Shown here piece by piece: positions 21,713 to 32,593 of a DNA stretch of 35,736 bases. The stretch comes from Octopus bimaculoides (lineage: Eukaryota), in NCBI RefSeq assembly GCF_001194135.2, contig NC_068998.1, positions 28,519,264 through 28,554,999 of the forward strand, read 5' to 3'. The position numbers and the translations under genes are program-made. How positions within the stretch are numbered: position 1 is the stretch's first letter; every line of letters starts with the position of its first letter. Under the pieces are notes generated by a model, which saw nothing but the letters and a program-made list of their open reading frames with translations, was not told the DNA's origin and made no database searches.

Positions 21713-23827
21713 GTGTTTTAAGCTTTCATTCATAAGTTTGTTGATGTTTTTGTAACATGCAATATGCTGAAAGAATGTAACTCTTGTTGATATCATTGAA
21801 CCAATGCTACTGTTGGTTTCACTTTATGTCGTTTCAATTAAAGCCAAACTTCTCAAGAACCTATCAACGACGTTCACTGAGGACTAACTGACTGCACATT
21901 CGCCCATAATCTTCAAAGCCATATTATTTGCATCAATTCACATTTTGTTCCATGTTCTGATATGACAATCTACATAGTTAACAGCTTTTTTTCTGAGAGA
22001 CGGACACTAAAAAATTAACGATGAAGCGCTGTTCACACAATCTATTCGAATAAAAAGAAATTTAATTGGGGGATTAAATTACGACAATATACCAGTATAA
22101 TATAAATGATAGACTACGGGGAAATCTTTTTAAGATACATGGAAATAAACAAAGAAATGGAACGTTGTAACTGCGAAAAAGTAGCCAAGACATGAGGGAA
22201 AGAGAACTGAAAACTTCAATCTTCAGATTTTTCACTGCTCTAAAACATGTTGATACAAGAATTGATACAAGATTTATCAAGATAAACGTGTAGATTTCTC
22301 TATTCCTTAATTAAAACTGATAAATAGCATATTTTCGTGAATGAAATTTTAAATACTTTGTTTTTAAGTGGAAACGTCGATTACTTAAAGTTAAGTTGTA
22401 AAGCCACTGAAATATCTTGTTCCTCTAATATAGATTTGTTTTCGAGTACATTGGGAATGAATGTGTAGCAGGACCTAGTAACGAGGCGAGTGCCACGAAC
22501 GGACCACACATCTCAAACGTCCTTGAGATTTGCACCCTTTTGTCAAGTTATAAGCAGTTTGGCGCCAATTGCCTTAGCAGACGTTGAGAGCAGCCAGGGT
22601 ACACATATCTCACCTCTCGCCACAAGGAAGCTAGACCAGAGCAGAGCAGAGCTTTAACAAGATTCGGCGGACTAACATCTTGTCTCTCGCTCCAAGAAAA
22701 TTAATGGCTGAGTAAACACAGTTCAAGACATGCTGTTTCACTCTTACCCAAAGCAAACCAGAAATGTTAGTAGATTCGGATAAATTCACATTACGATTTT
22801 CATTCAAAATCATTTTGTTATTGTCTCTAGAGTGCATTAATGACTGCAGATTTAGACACTATGAAAGTTAGAATCCTTATATCCTAAGACTCTCTACCGT
22901 GTGTATGTGAAAATCCATGCATATATGTACAGCCTTTCCCGAAATAAATATATTATAAAATGTCCGCGAGTTTCGTTCCTGTTTACAACACACGCATCCC
23001 AGTTTAATCTACAATAAACTTACACTAAAATCACAGCGACAATAGTGAACAAACCACCAACTCACACATCGCGACAGATGTATTTAATACAATTTACCCT
23101 AAAAATAAAATGGAAAACCATCAACTATAGAGCTTTCGCATTGTTTGATGTCGGTAAAATGTATAAATTGTTATTGAAATTGCTGAGTGAAACTCATCAA
23201 ATAATTTGCGTATTAACCTTCCTTTATTACAAAGATTTCCCTATCCTTATAAGTGAACTATTTTGACACAGATAAATCACAGTTAATCTTTAATACTATA
23301 TGAAATTATAGATTTTATATTGGAAGCTATCAAAATGTCATTGCTAAGTTCTTCAGCTTGTAATCTAGAGGTCTGTTTACTAGAGATATTGAATAATATT
23401 TTTCAGGAACTGTTTCTGAAAAGAATTATGAATAAACTTATTCATTTTCTGATCTACGTTTTTGATGTCATAAGAATTTTATAAGCATTCGTGAGAAAAT
23501 GAAATAATTCTTTTTTTGGAACATTAGCTCCCGAGGCACACAACACAAAGTTATAAATAACAACACGTAAATATTGGGTTGAAAAATCTTTTTGGATAGA
23601 AAATGCCGGAGCTGTTATTTCTAACTTTGTGTGATGCGCCTTCTGAGATAATGTTCTAAGCAAGATTATTTTTTTATATTTGTTTCCAATATTTATCTCC
23701 GTGAAAGAATTAATTCGTTAATTAACAATATTTACCGACAAAGATAACATGGAACATATGAAGAATATTAGAGAATATTAATAAGAAAAAATTCAAGTGG
23801 GTGATAATGTGTGCGTGTGTGTGTATG

Positions 23828-25726
23828 TCTATTATATAAATGTCAATGTCTGTGTGTTCGTGTGTTATTTATAGACTCGAAAACTACTGGACCGATCCTA
23901 ATGAAATATAGAACGCATAATTCAAGCCCAGGGAAAAGGGTAATGCCGTATGTTTCATACAATTTTAAGGGGCATAAAGAGGGGCAGACCCCCCCCTCCC
24001 ATGAAAATTCATATGCTTCGGATTTTGATGAAATTCGAACCATAGGTATTAGAAATAAAAGAATACACCCCCAAATATCCATTTCTTTGCATGATTCTAA
24101 GACCCCTTAGGGGGGTGGGGCTTAAACCCCAAATTTTAGTCATTTTTCATGGACCAAAATTACTGAACGGAACCTTATATTTGAACCTTAGATTCAATGC
24201 ATAAGCGCGGGTATAATGTAGTATGTTTAGTTTGAATTTGAGAGCGGTTAAAGGGGGCAGAACCTCCCAGGACTGATGTTGAAATTTTAACAATAGGTAA
24301 ATTTCAACACAAATCAAGAAGTATTCCAAAAGTTTCCGCTTCTCGTGAGGATTCTAAGACCCCCCCCCCCCCTAATGGGGGGGGGCCTTAACTCCCAAAT
24401 TTTAGTCATTTTTTGATGATCCAAAACAAGGTCAAAAGTACTGAATGGATCGTTATGAAATTTGGAAACTATATTCTATGCATAAGGGCAGTATATGTTT
24501 GCAAGTGAGGGGGCATAAATGAGGCCATAACCCCCTCGAAAATTCATATATTTTTGCTGTTGATGAAATTTTAACCATAGATATTTGACAAACGAACATT
24601 CCTAAAATTTCAACTTCTTAGGAGGTTAGTAAGACCCTTTATTGGGAGCTTAACCCCCAACATTTTGCCATTTTTCCTAAGGCAAGACGAATACAATTGT
24701 AGGTTTGGAAGTTGTAGAGTCACCCGAGGTTACAAGATGAGCGTTATTTGTAATTCAATGGTACAACAGTGTAAGAGTTTGCTTTGAGATATACTTAGAT
24801 TGTGATTTCTGCAATGTGGTGCATAAATTGTCAAGTAAAGAAGATGCATCTTTACCTCCACGTGTTCAGTTGCAAAGTGTTATTTTGAGTAAAGTTATTT
24901 GGCTGCAGACCTCCTTTGAGTCTTTTTATTATCACTGGGTCAGAGATAGTCCCCAGGTGGTAACTTTGATTTCAAGCCCTTTCCAAATAAGTGATTGGTC
25001 ATTCAAAGAGTTTTATAGATTGCAAATTTATTCTGTTCAATTACCTATCGGCATAGTGATCATTGACAAACTCCAGAGGTGACACTTTCATTCCCTCTAA
25101 GTCCTCATGCCACACAGTTGTTAATGTTTATTTGAGTNNNNNNNNNNTTTCATTCCCTCTAAGTCCTCATGCCACACAGTTGTTAATGTTTATTTGAGTT
25201 GGGTCACTCCCTTCCAATTGCTATAGATCCGTAATGCATCTTAAGGCTGTGCCGGTCACCTGTATGGTAAAGGAATCCTACATTGGGGAGTGGTAACGAT
25301 TGTGATCAATCGTTTTTCGGTTTCCTCTAGCTTTGCTCTCTTTTAAAAACCCAGTGAACATTCATATATTTCCAATTTCAAAGAAATTTGAACAATAAAT
25401 GTAAGACACGAGTTAGAAAAGATGCCCAACAATTCAACTTCTCTGTTTGACTTTAAGACACCCCTAATAGGGGCCTTAACTCCCACATTTTTGAGCTCCA
25501 TGTGCTCTATTTTTCAGGAGCAAATACCTTTGAATGGGTTTTATAAGATTTGAATTTTGGAATCTGCATAAAGATGAGTAGTATGGGATAAATATGTCAT
25601 GATTAAAATTTTATTAGGGTGTGTAAAGAGGGAAAGAACCACCATTAAAATTCTTAATCTTCAAAATTGCTGAAATTCGAATCAGGTATTCCAGTTCATT
25701 AAAGAAAATATAAAAGAAAAGTCTAA
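23828..25726 (+). mobile_element. Non-autonomous Helitron-like element with internal ~260-275-bp degenerate tandem units; 3' end in gap
   Basis: 5' TCTATTATATAAATG..gtctgtgtgttcgtgtg..actcgaaaactactggaccgatcctaatgaaat (Lep1-like Helitron 5' motif). The repeated unit anchor (gat/ggt)t..aagaccc...ggg.cttaac.cccaaatttt occurs at 24093, 24350, 24624, 25449. Confidence 0.65.
24690..25330 (-). pseudogene. Heavily decayed LINE (CR1/L2-like) RT fragment inside the Helitron-like element
   Basis: Minus-strand pieces in different frames: GFLYHTGD, TVWHEDL, SVTSGVCQ*S, SKYISKQTLTLLYH, in the order expected for RT motifs (GFR..STGD, VWHEGL, VTSGVPQGS, ...TLLLLY). Confidence 0.5.
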
Positions 25727-26427
25727 NNNNNNNNNNNNNNNNNNNNNNNNNNNNNNNNNNNNNNNNNNNNNNNNNNNNNNNNNNNNNNNNNNNNNNNNNN
25801 NNNNNNNNNNNNNNNNNNNNNNNNNNNNNNNNNNNNNNNNNNNNNNNNNNNNNNNNNNNNNNNNNNNNNNNNNNNNNNNNNNNNNNNNNNNNNNNNNNNN
25901 NNNNNNNNNNNNNNNNNNNNNNNNNNNNNNNNNNNNNNNNNNNNNNNNNNNNNNNNNNNNNNNNNNNNNNNNNNNNNNNNNNNNNNNNNNNNNNNNNNNN
26001 NNNNNNNNNNNNNNNNNNNNNNNNNNNNNNNNNNNNNNNNNNNNNNNNNNNNNNNNNNNNNNNNNNNNNNNNNNNNNNNNNNNNNNNNNNNNNNNNNNNN
26101 NNNNNNNNNNNNNNNNNNNNNNNNNNNNNNNNNNNNNNNNNNNNNNNNNNNNNNNNNNNNNNNNNNNNNNNNNNNNNNNNNNNNNNNNNNNNNNNNNNNN
26201 NNNNNNNNNNNNNNNNNNNNNNNNNNNNNNNNNNNNNNNNNNNNNNNNNNNNNNNNNNNNNNNNNNNNNNNNNNNNNNNNNNNNNNNNNNNNNNNNNNTA
26301 TATATATATATATATATATATATGGGAGAATATACAAAAAATAACAACAGACGAGGACAGGTGGTGTAAATAACAAAAGTATATATATATATATATATAT
26401 ACGTTAAAATGGGGAAGGCCGGTTTAT

Positions 26428-26489
26428 GGGATTAACCTTAAGTTTCCCGTCCATAAAGGGTTTAGCTTTATGGCGTATCGTCAGATCCC
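26428..26489 (-). ncRNA. Hammerhead motif (left arm), variant stem III
   Basis: gggau-CUGACGA-uacg-ccauaaag..cuuuaugg-acgg-GAAAC-uuaag-GUU-a-auccc. Confidence 0.6.
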
Positions 26490-26795
26490 AAAAACATGTT
26501 GTCTCAAGGCCTCTTAAAAATATGGAGGAGGAAATGCTTCACTACTGAAAGGTAACAATTGGGGATCATCTTCCTTTGCTATTGACTACCGACTTCCGGC
26601 TGTGCCGCCATCTTGTAGGCTCCAAAAAGCCAGCGGGAACATCCTGAAATGTAAACATGGCCCGAAAATCTCTGTTCTGGAGTTAATGATGTTCCCAGGT
26701 TCGACAACACGCCCACGGAGATACATTGGATGTTCCGGGAACTCTTTCAAGCAACGTCTCCATATTTTTAAGAGGTCTTGGGCCAACAGGTTTTC

Positions 26796-26856
26796 GGGAT
26801 CTGACGATACGCCATAAAGCTAAACCTTTTATGGACGGAAGACCTAAGGTAATCCC
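26796..26856 (+). ncRNA. Hammerhead motif (right arm), GAAA disrupted (GAAGA)
   Basis: gggau-CUGACGA(26801-26807)-...ccauaaag/uuuuaugg...-gGAAGACC-uaa-GGUA-auccc. Perfect 5-bp stem I and 3-bp stem III. Confidence 0.6.
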
Positions 26857-27036
26857 ATAAACCGGCCTTTCTTATTTTTAATATATACTGCTCTACATTT
26901 TAGAGTGTGTTTCTTTCGGATTTACGTTTTTTACAAACGGTATATATATAAAGCAATAATAAATCTCTGAGCGAGGTATAAACAGTAGCTGCACGACATC
27001 GTGAAGTATATTTGCCACCTAAATGTGGCTAACCCT

Positions 27037-27217
27037 TAAAGGTTGATGCTACTGTAGCTTGTAGCCCTGGGAAGACATTTCCTCCAGCTGGCTACTGACA
27101 CACTTTCTGTGCCCTGTCAGTATTTGCAAATACTGATAGGGCACAGAAAGTGTGTCAATAGCCAGCTGGAGGAGATGTTTTCCTGGGGTTACAAGCTACA
27201 GTAGCAACAACCCTTTA
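27037..27217. mobile_element. Loopless ~180-bp palindrome bounded by TA (MITE-like foldback)
   Basis: Centre gtatttg|caaatac (27126/27127). ~90-bp arms with few mismatches (gctactgtagcttgta.ccc.gg...cctccagctggcta.tgacacactttctgtgccct.tcagtattt and its complement). Confidence 0.8.
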
Positions 27218-27244
27218 CTTGACAATTTATGAACCACATTGCAT

Positions 27245-27392
27245 CAACCAAAAGAGACCGATAGAGTTAGTACTAAGCTTACAAAGAATAAGTCCTGGAG
27301 ACGATTTCTTCGACTAAAACCCTTTAAGTCGGTGCTACAGCATGGCTGCAGTCAAATGACTGAAACGTGTAAAAGAATAAAGTAAAAGAATA
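27245..27392 (+). mobile_element. SINE family 1 3' part, tail-to-tail with the next copy
   Basis: agagaccgatagag..agcttacaaagaataagtcctgg...gcatggctgcagtcaaatgactgaaacgtgtaaaagaata. Confidence 0.8.
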
Positions 27393-27712
27393 TATCTTTT
27401 ATCTTTTGCGTGTTTCAGTCATTAGACTGCGGCCATGCTTCAACATCACCTCGAAGAATTTTAGTTCAACCAATCGATTCCAGTACTCATTTTCTTTTGA
27501 AAGCCTAGTACTCTTTCTATAGGTCTTTTGCCGAACCGCTAAGTTACGGGGATGTAAACACATCAACACCGGTTATTGAGCAGTGGTGGAGGACAAACGC
27601 GCACATGCAAACATATACACTTTTCACCTCATCTCTTACCTCTCTCGACCGAATCGAACACCAACCACTCACTTGCTTATTGACTCTCTTATACATGTAT
27701 CATTCTTATACA

Positions 27713-27793
<81 letters not shown>

Positions 27794-28223
27794 GTGACCA
27801 TCTTCGCGCTCTCATATCTCCCTAAAACACTTTTTCTATCTCTTTCCACCTCCGGTCACTTTAGCAATGTAACTACACACGTGCTGTTGGTGTTCTTTTT
27901 ACTTCTTTGGATTTCTCCGTTTTCCTTTCCGACGAAGAGCTATGCTCGAAACGTCAAAATCTCTCTCTTCTCACGGAGCGTCAAACTAATACATTCCATG
28001 TGCACATCCTCTTGTTGTTTGTTATTGTTATTTTTAATGTTCACTTATTTGATTTGACTAGGCGGGCTTCTTTCAATTTCCGTCTACCAAATCTACTCAC
28101 AAGGCTTTGGTCGACCCAAGGCTATAGTAGAAAACACTTGCCTGAGGTTCTACGCAGAGGGACTGAACCCGGAACCATGTGGTTGGGAAGCAAGCTTCTT
28201 ACTACGTAGCTACGCCTGCTCCT
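27393..28223 (-). mobile_element. SINE family 1, minus strand, interrupted in its central microsatellite by a PLE-type tail
   Basis: Head 28223-28055 (rc of ggcgggcttctttcaatttccgtctaccaaatc...gaacccggaaccatgtggttgggaagc), tail 27600-27393. Confidence 0.78.
27610..28050 (+). mobile_element. PLE-type tail with hammerhead variant (27926-27958) nested in SINE
   Basis: uuu-CCGACGA(27929-27935)-a-gagc-uau-gcuc-GAAACGUC(27948-27955)-aaa. Same family as 10400-10740. Confidence 0.6.
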
Positions 28224-28817
28224 ATCTTTAGAAATAGAAATTTTGTCTTCAGAATTCAAATCTTTACTAATACACTTGGAACAGAATCAGTGGACTATAG
28301 TCTGCCTATAGAAGTAGTATTGGTCATTAAAAAACTTGTTAGTATTCTTCCACAGAGACTTTGATTATAAATGATGGGAAAATAGAGTATGACTTAGTTC
28401 AGAGTTAATTGGTTTTTTAACCGAGATTAGAATCTGTTTCCTTTAATGGCAAATTCACCACTAGAGGCAAACTACGTATCTCATAATGTTTTCTAAACAA
28501 TCTGACATGAAAGTTACTTTGTTTTCCCATATGATTAAACATAGATTAAATTGAATTATTGGTCAGGAATATAACTCAGGTGAATCCATACAATAAAAAC
28601 AATTAAAAAGTGTGTGTATGTAACTTAACTACTTTTATTATTTAATTTAATTTTCTTGAATAAATGCTGATAGACTTAGTTTCTAAAAAATTACAATAAA
28701 CTAGATTATTTATGAATTTTTGTTTTTAGGAAACGACTTTCTCACTACTGTTATACAGGGATTCTATTGAATTGTCAAAATAATGGCAAATAAACAAATA
28801 GATTATGTACAGAATGC

Positions 28818-28917
28818 GCTGGAGTGGCTGTGTGGTAAGTAGCTTCCTTACCAACCACATGGTTCCGGGTTCAGTCTTACTGCATGGCACCTTGGGCAAG
28901 TGTCTTCNNNNNNNNNN

Positions 28918-28952
<35 letters not shown>

Positions 28953-29125
28953 ATGTGTGAGTGTGTGTATGTTTGTGTGTCTGTGTCACCCCAACATCGC
29001 CTGACAGTCGATGCTGCTGTGCTTACGTCTCTGTAATCTAGCGGTAGTCCTAGGGTTGATCTGCTCGATTAAAGGTGGTGCTCCAGCATGGCCGCAGTCA
29101 AATGACTGAAACAAATAAAAGAATA
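28818..29125 (+). mobile_element. SINE family 1 with internal deletion and gap
   Basis: ggagtggctgtgtggtaagtagcttccttaccaaccacatggttccgggttcag...gcatggccgcagtcaaatgactgaaacaaataaaagaata. Confidence 0.85.
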
Positions 29126-29139
29126 TACAGGTTCTATAT

Positions 29140-30830
29140 TTGTTGACAATTAGTGGAAATTAGTGGAAACGTTCTTCACAATAGCCAACCAAAACACCCC
29201 CAGTAGTGGCAGAGGAACCAGTCAGAAGCCTGGGAATTTGGTATGATGACACCCTGAAAGATACAAGAAGAGGAACCGAAATCAGGCAAATGGTGCAAAA
29301 AGGTCTGCAGGCCATAGGCCAGTTGGGCCTCTGGCAAACACAAGGTTTGGCGTTTGTAGTTCTTCTGGCCTCTGCTGATTTACGATATCAACACTAGTGG
29401 AGGATATGGAGTATCAAGAAGTACTCAAGAAAGTGGCTTGGTGTCCCACCAGATCTTACAGACTCTACTGTTGCCAGGCCAAACTGAAGGTACCTCTCAA
29501 GTTCATCATTAAGAAATACGAAGTTGGAAAAGCTAGACCAGATCGTGAAGTCGAGCTGGCCGAAGCCGAAGACGGGCAGGAAATGGAAAATCCAGCAGGC
29601 GGTAAATGCAGTAAAGGAAAGTCTTACGATCAGAGAAATAACGGGACACTCTCAGGATAATAGGTAGGGACTGGGCATAACAAGACTGGAACGGTGATCA
29701 GAAAGATCAGGACAGATCTGATTTTACAAGAGGTGAACAAGGAAGAGGATGCTTTAAGAACCCGGAAAGCAGTGCAGCAGAGCCAGCTCGACCTGTGGAT
29801 GACGTGAGAAGGTGCACTCCAGAAAGGTGCACTCCAGAGGTGCACTCAGCTGGAACATATGGCACCTCTTAGAAAGAGTTTTGCCCTCAGAGCTATCTAT
29901 GATCTCCAGCCTTCCAAATCGAATCTAGTGAAGTAGAGCAAACCAGATAATCATGAGTGTCCACTCTGTTGGTGTAAGCAGACAATGGAACGCATTTTGA
30001 GCTCATGCATAGTAGCACTAGCCCAAGGATTATACACGTGGAGGTACAATCAAATAATTAAGGAGATCGTACACGTGAGAAGTACGGCAAAAATAAAACC
30101 AGAATCTCCGACAACATTGTTCACGGCAGGAGGTAGCAAATCATAGCCAGGAGCGGTTATGCTATACAGAGCGCAGGAATGAAGCCTTCTGGGTGTTGCC
30201 GATAACTAGACCTCTCAGAATCAACAAAACGACCAGAAATCACCAAGAAGAGTGGCTTCATCAGAATAATTAATTTTAGTTAAACTCACCGTGCCATTTG
30301 AAAGAAGAATAGAAAAAGCACACGTGTCCAAGGCTAAAAAATACGCTTGTCTGGCCTACGTGAGGTAAGCCAACTTCTGGGCTAAGATTCTCGCTACAGG
30401 GAGTTGAGCCAGCGATTTTGTGGGCAAATCTACTTCGGAGCTAATGAAACAACTTTAAGAAGAACAATATCAGAACCCTAAAGGCAATATCGGAGACAAC
30501 AGAGTGGTGTTCTAGCTGGATCTGGTCGAAGAGGAACAAAACGACCTCCAAACTTTTTGAAAGCAATATTTTTGTAGTTTAAAGCTAAGGGAAGTAACTC
30601 TGAGTGAGTCATTGCGCTAGAATTGAAGTTTCACCGCTAGCTGACTCAATGAAGATGAGTTCCAACTAGATGAAATCTCCAAGCGATTTAAATGCACAAG
30701 TATCTGATATCCAAGTGGCTAAAAAATTGTCAGCAGCAGGACATCCAGAGGTCATGACCAGGATGCAGCCTGCCTCTCTCCTTAAGGTATAAGAAGTTAA
30801 GGGCCGAAACACGCGCTTGAGGTGAGGTTT
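29140..30830 (+). mobile_element. 5'-truncated, decayed RLE-type non-LTR retrotransposon (HERO/NeSL-like)
   Basis: EEPVRSLGIWYDDTLKD; LYCCQAKLKVPLK...YEVGKAR; YDLQPSKSNLVK*..HECPLCWCKQTMERILSSCIVALAQGLYTWRYNQIIKEI (CCHC knuckle region with H lost, ~29958); LTVPFERRIEKAH..KAKKYA (restriction-like endonuclease, ~30285). Many stops and frameshifts. 3' limit approximate. Confidence 0.78.
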
Positions 30831-30862
30831 CTTCTTTGAAGGCCTACTACTATTCACCTCTC

Positions 30863-30912
30863 TTGTGAGTTTCTTAACACTTGTGAGTTTCTTAACACTT
30901 GTGAGTTTCTTA
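30863..30912 (+). repeat. 18-bp tandem repeat x2.8 (ttgtgagtttcttaacac)
   Basis: Exact copies at 30863 and 30881, partial at 30899. Confidence 0.95.
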
Positions 30913-32593
30913 GATATATCTAAGTTTAAGCTGCTGATCGACAGATTTCATATTTTATATATATTGATGATGTCAACAGAATTCTTTGTCAATAGAATCC
31001 GAATTTTATACAGTGTCGAAAAAAAAATGTACTCTCTTCTTTCATATATTTTGACTACAATTCACGTCTTGATTTATTTGATTTAATTTGGCCTTATTTT
31101 ATATGCTAAAAGAGTTAGTTACTTATTCGTTAAGTTGCATTCCAATATAATTTGATACAAGATTTACATTAATATGACAATTGGCGCTCAATACAAACTT
31201 TTAACAATTACTGGCTTGTTATGCTCGTTTTTTATGGACATGTAGCCAAGATGATCGCGCGTAAATGATGTAACATCTCGCGAACAAATAAGTTGTAACT
31301 TTTATTTCACAACAAAAATAATTTTCATGCTGGTCGTGAATTAGAAATTGAAACAACAAAATCAACACACTGGAAAGAATAATTTTGTAAATAAGCTGCC
31401 AAGACAGGAGAAAATGTACCACGCTGTGTTCATAACAGCGAACTGTGGCTGCTTTCTACAAGGTTGAGTAAATAGCCATTAGAACGCCGTTTTAAAAGCA
31501 GCAAGTGAACGAATCGTCCAGTCTCTGCACGGATATGTCTGACAAGAGTGCAAACATTACACCAGGTTCGCGAAGTTGGTGCTAAAATCATGCCTGTTTA
31601 TGACCCTTGTACAGGGGCATTTCAGAAGGATCTCGAATGATCTATCACGTGATGTCTGTCTGCTGATTGGTCCATAACTCAGCCGCTCATGTGAACAAGC
31701 TGCTGCTATGCTGTGCTTTTAACTTGACAATTTGTTGATTCGGTTTTGAATCTTGCTACAGACATTTCAAATTTAATATTTGAAATAGATGTGTAGCTCA
31801 ATTCAGGTTCATGACCGAACGATTAGATGAGCTCCACAGATCCATAGTTATAGATAAAACTAAAAATAATAATCATATTAATGTTGCTTACACCTCATGT
31901 CAGCACTGATTGACCAGACCTAGAATCAAAAGGGATCCAACTGTGACTGTCCTGTTTACACCCTCCACACACACACATGAACACAATTCTTCGTTTTTAA
32001 AGACGACTGGAAGTGATTTGAACAAGAGTTGGTTGTTCTTTCTAGCAAGTCAAGCAACCACGTTATGACTCTCATATGCTCGTATTAATATTTATTTCTT
32101 TCAAAAGCCGCAATTACACTCAGTTTAATTGCTGTTTTGTATTCAGCCATCAAAGCAGATCTTCTTTCGAACAGCATTCAGCATAATGCTATCATCTTTT
32201 GCTTTATAGGAAACTAATAAATTGATGATAATTTGGAATAATGCAAATGATCTGAATTACATTATTTTCACATTTTTAAGCGGCGTCTCTCACTGTGTCT
32301 CTCTCTTCCTCCTCTCCTTCTCCCCACCTCTCACTCTCTCTCTCTGCAACACGTCAACACAGATTAATAGCAAAAGTCAAATAGCCATATCAGTTTGTAG
32401 TATTTTTCTTATATTTTAAGTCACGTTATCAGTTGATATATTGACATAACAAGTTTGAAAATGAGATTTTTAGATTTCTTTCGCATTGTATCGTCAGTTC
32501 GCAAATTAATAAGGTCAGCATTAGCATCATAATGTCATAGTCAGATCATTGTTATTCTAAACTGTATACAAATTATATTTGCATGTCTTTTAG

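Larger units (their letters stand above)
26403..26881. mobile_element. Miniature PLE derivative: ~125-bp inverted arms (26403-26527 / 26758-26881) with hammerheads, enclosing a GIY-YIG fragment
   Basis: Arms are reverse complements. The 230-bp spacer encodes ...RRYIGCSGNSFKQR (ORF 26602-26817), the YIG half-motif of PLE endonucleases. Confidence 0.78.

Noticed and set aside
25086-25199. Exact 52-bp direct repeat (25086-25137 / 25148-25199)
   Set aside because: The copies flank a 10-N placeholder gap; typical unmerged contig overlap, likely an assembly artefact.
30863-30912. CRISPR-like array
   Set aside because: Head-to-tail 18-bp tandem with no spacers, in a eukaryotic context; no CRISPR, rRNA or operon features anywhere in the window.
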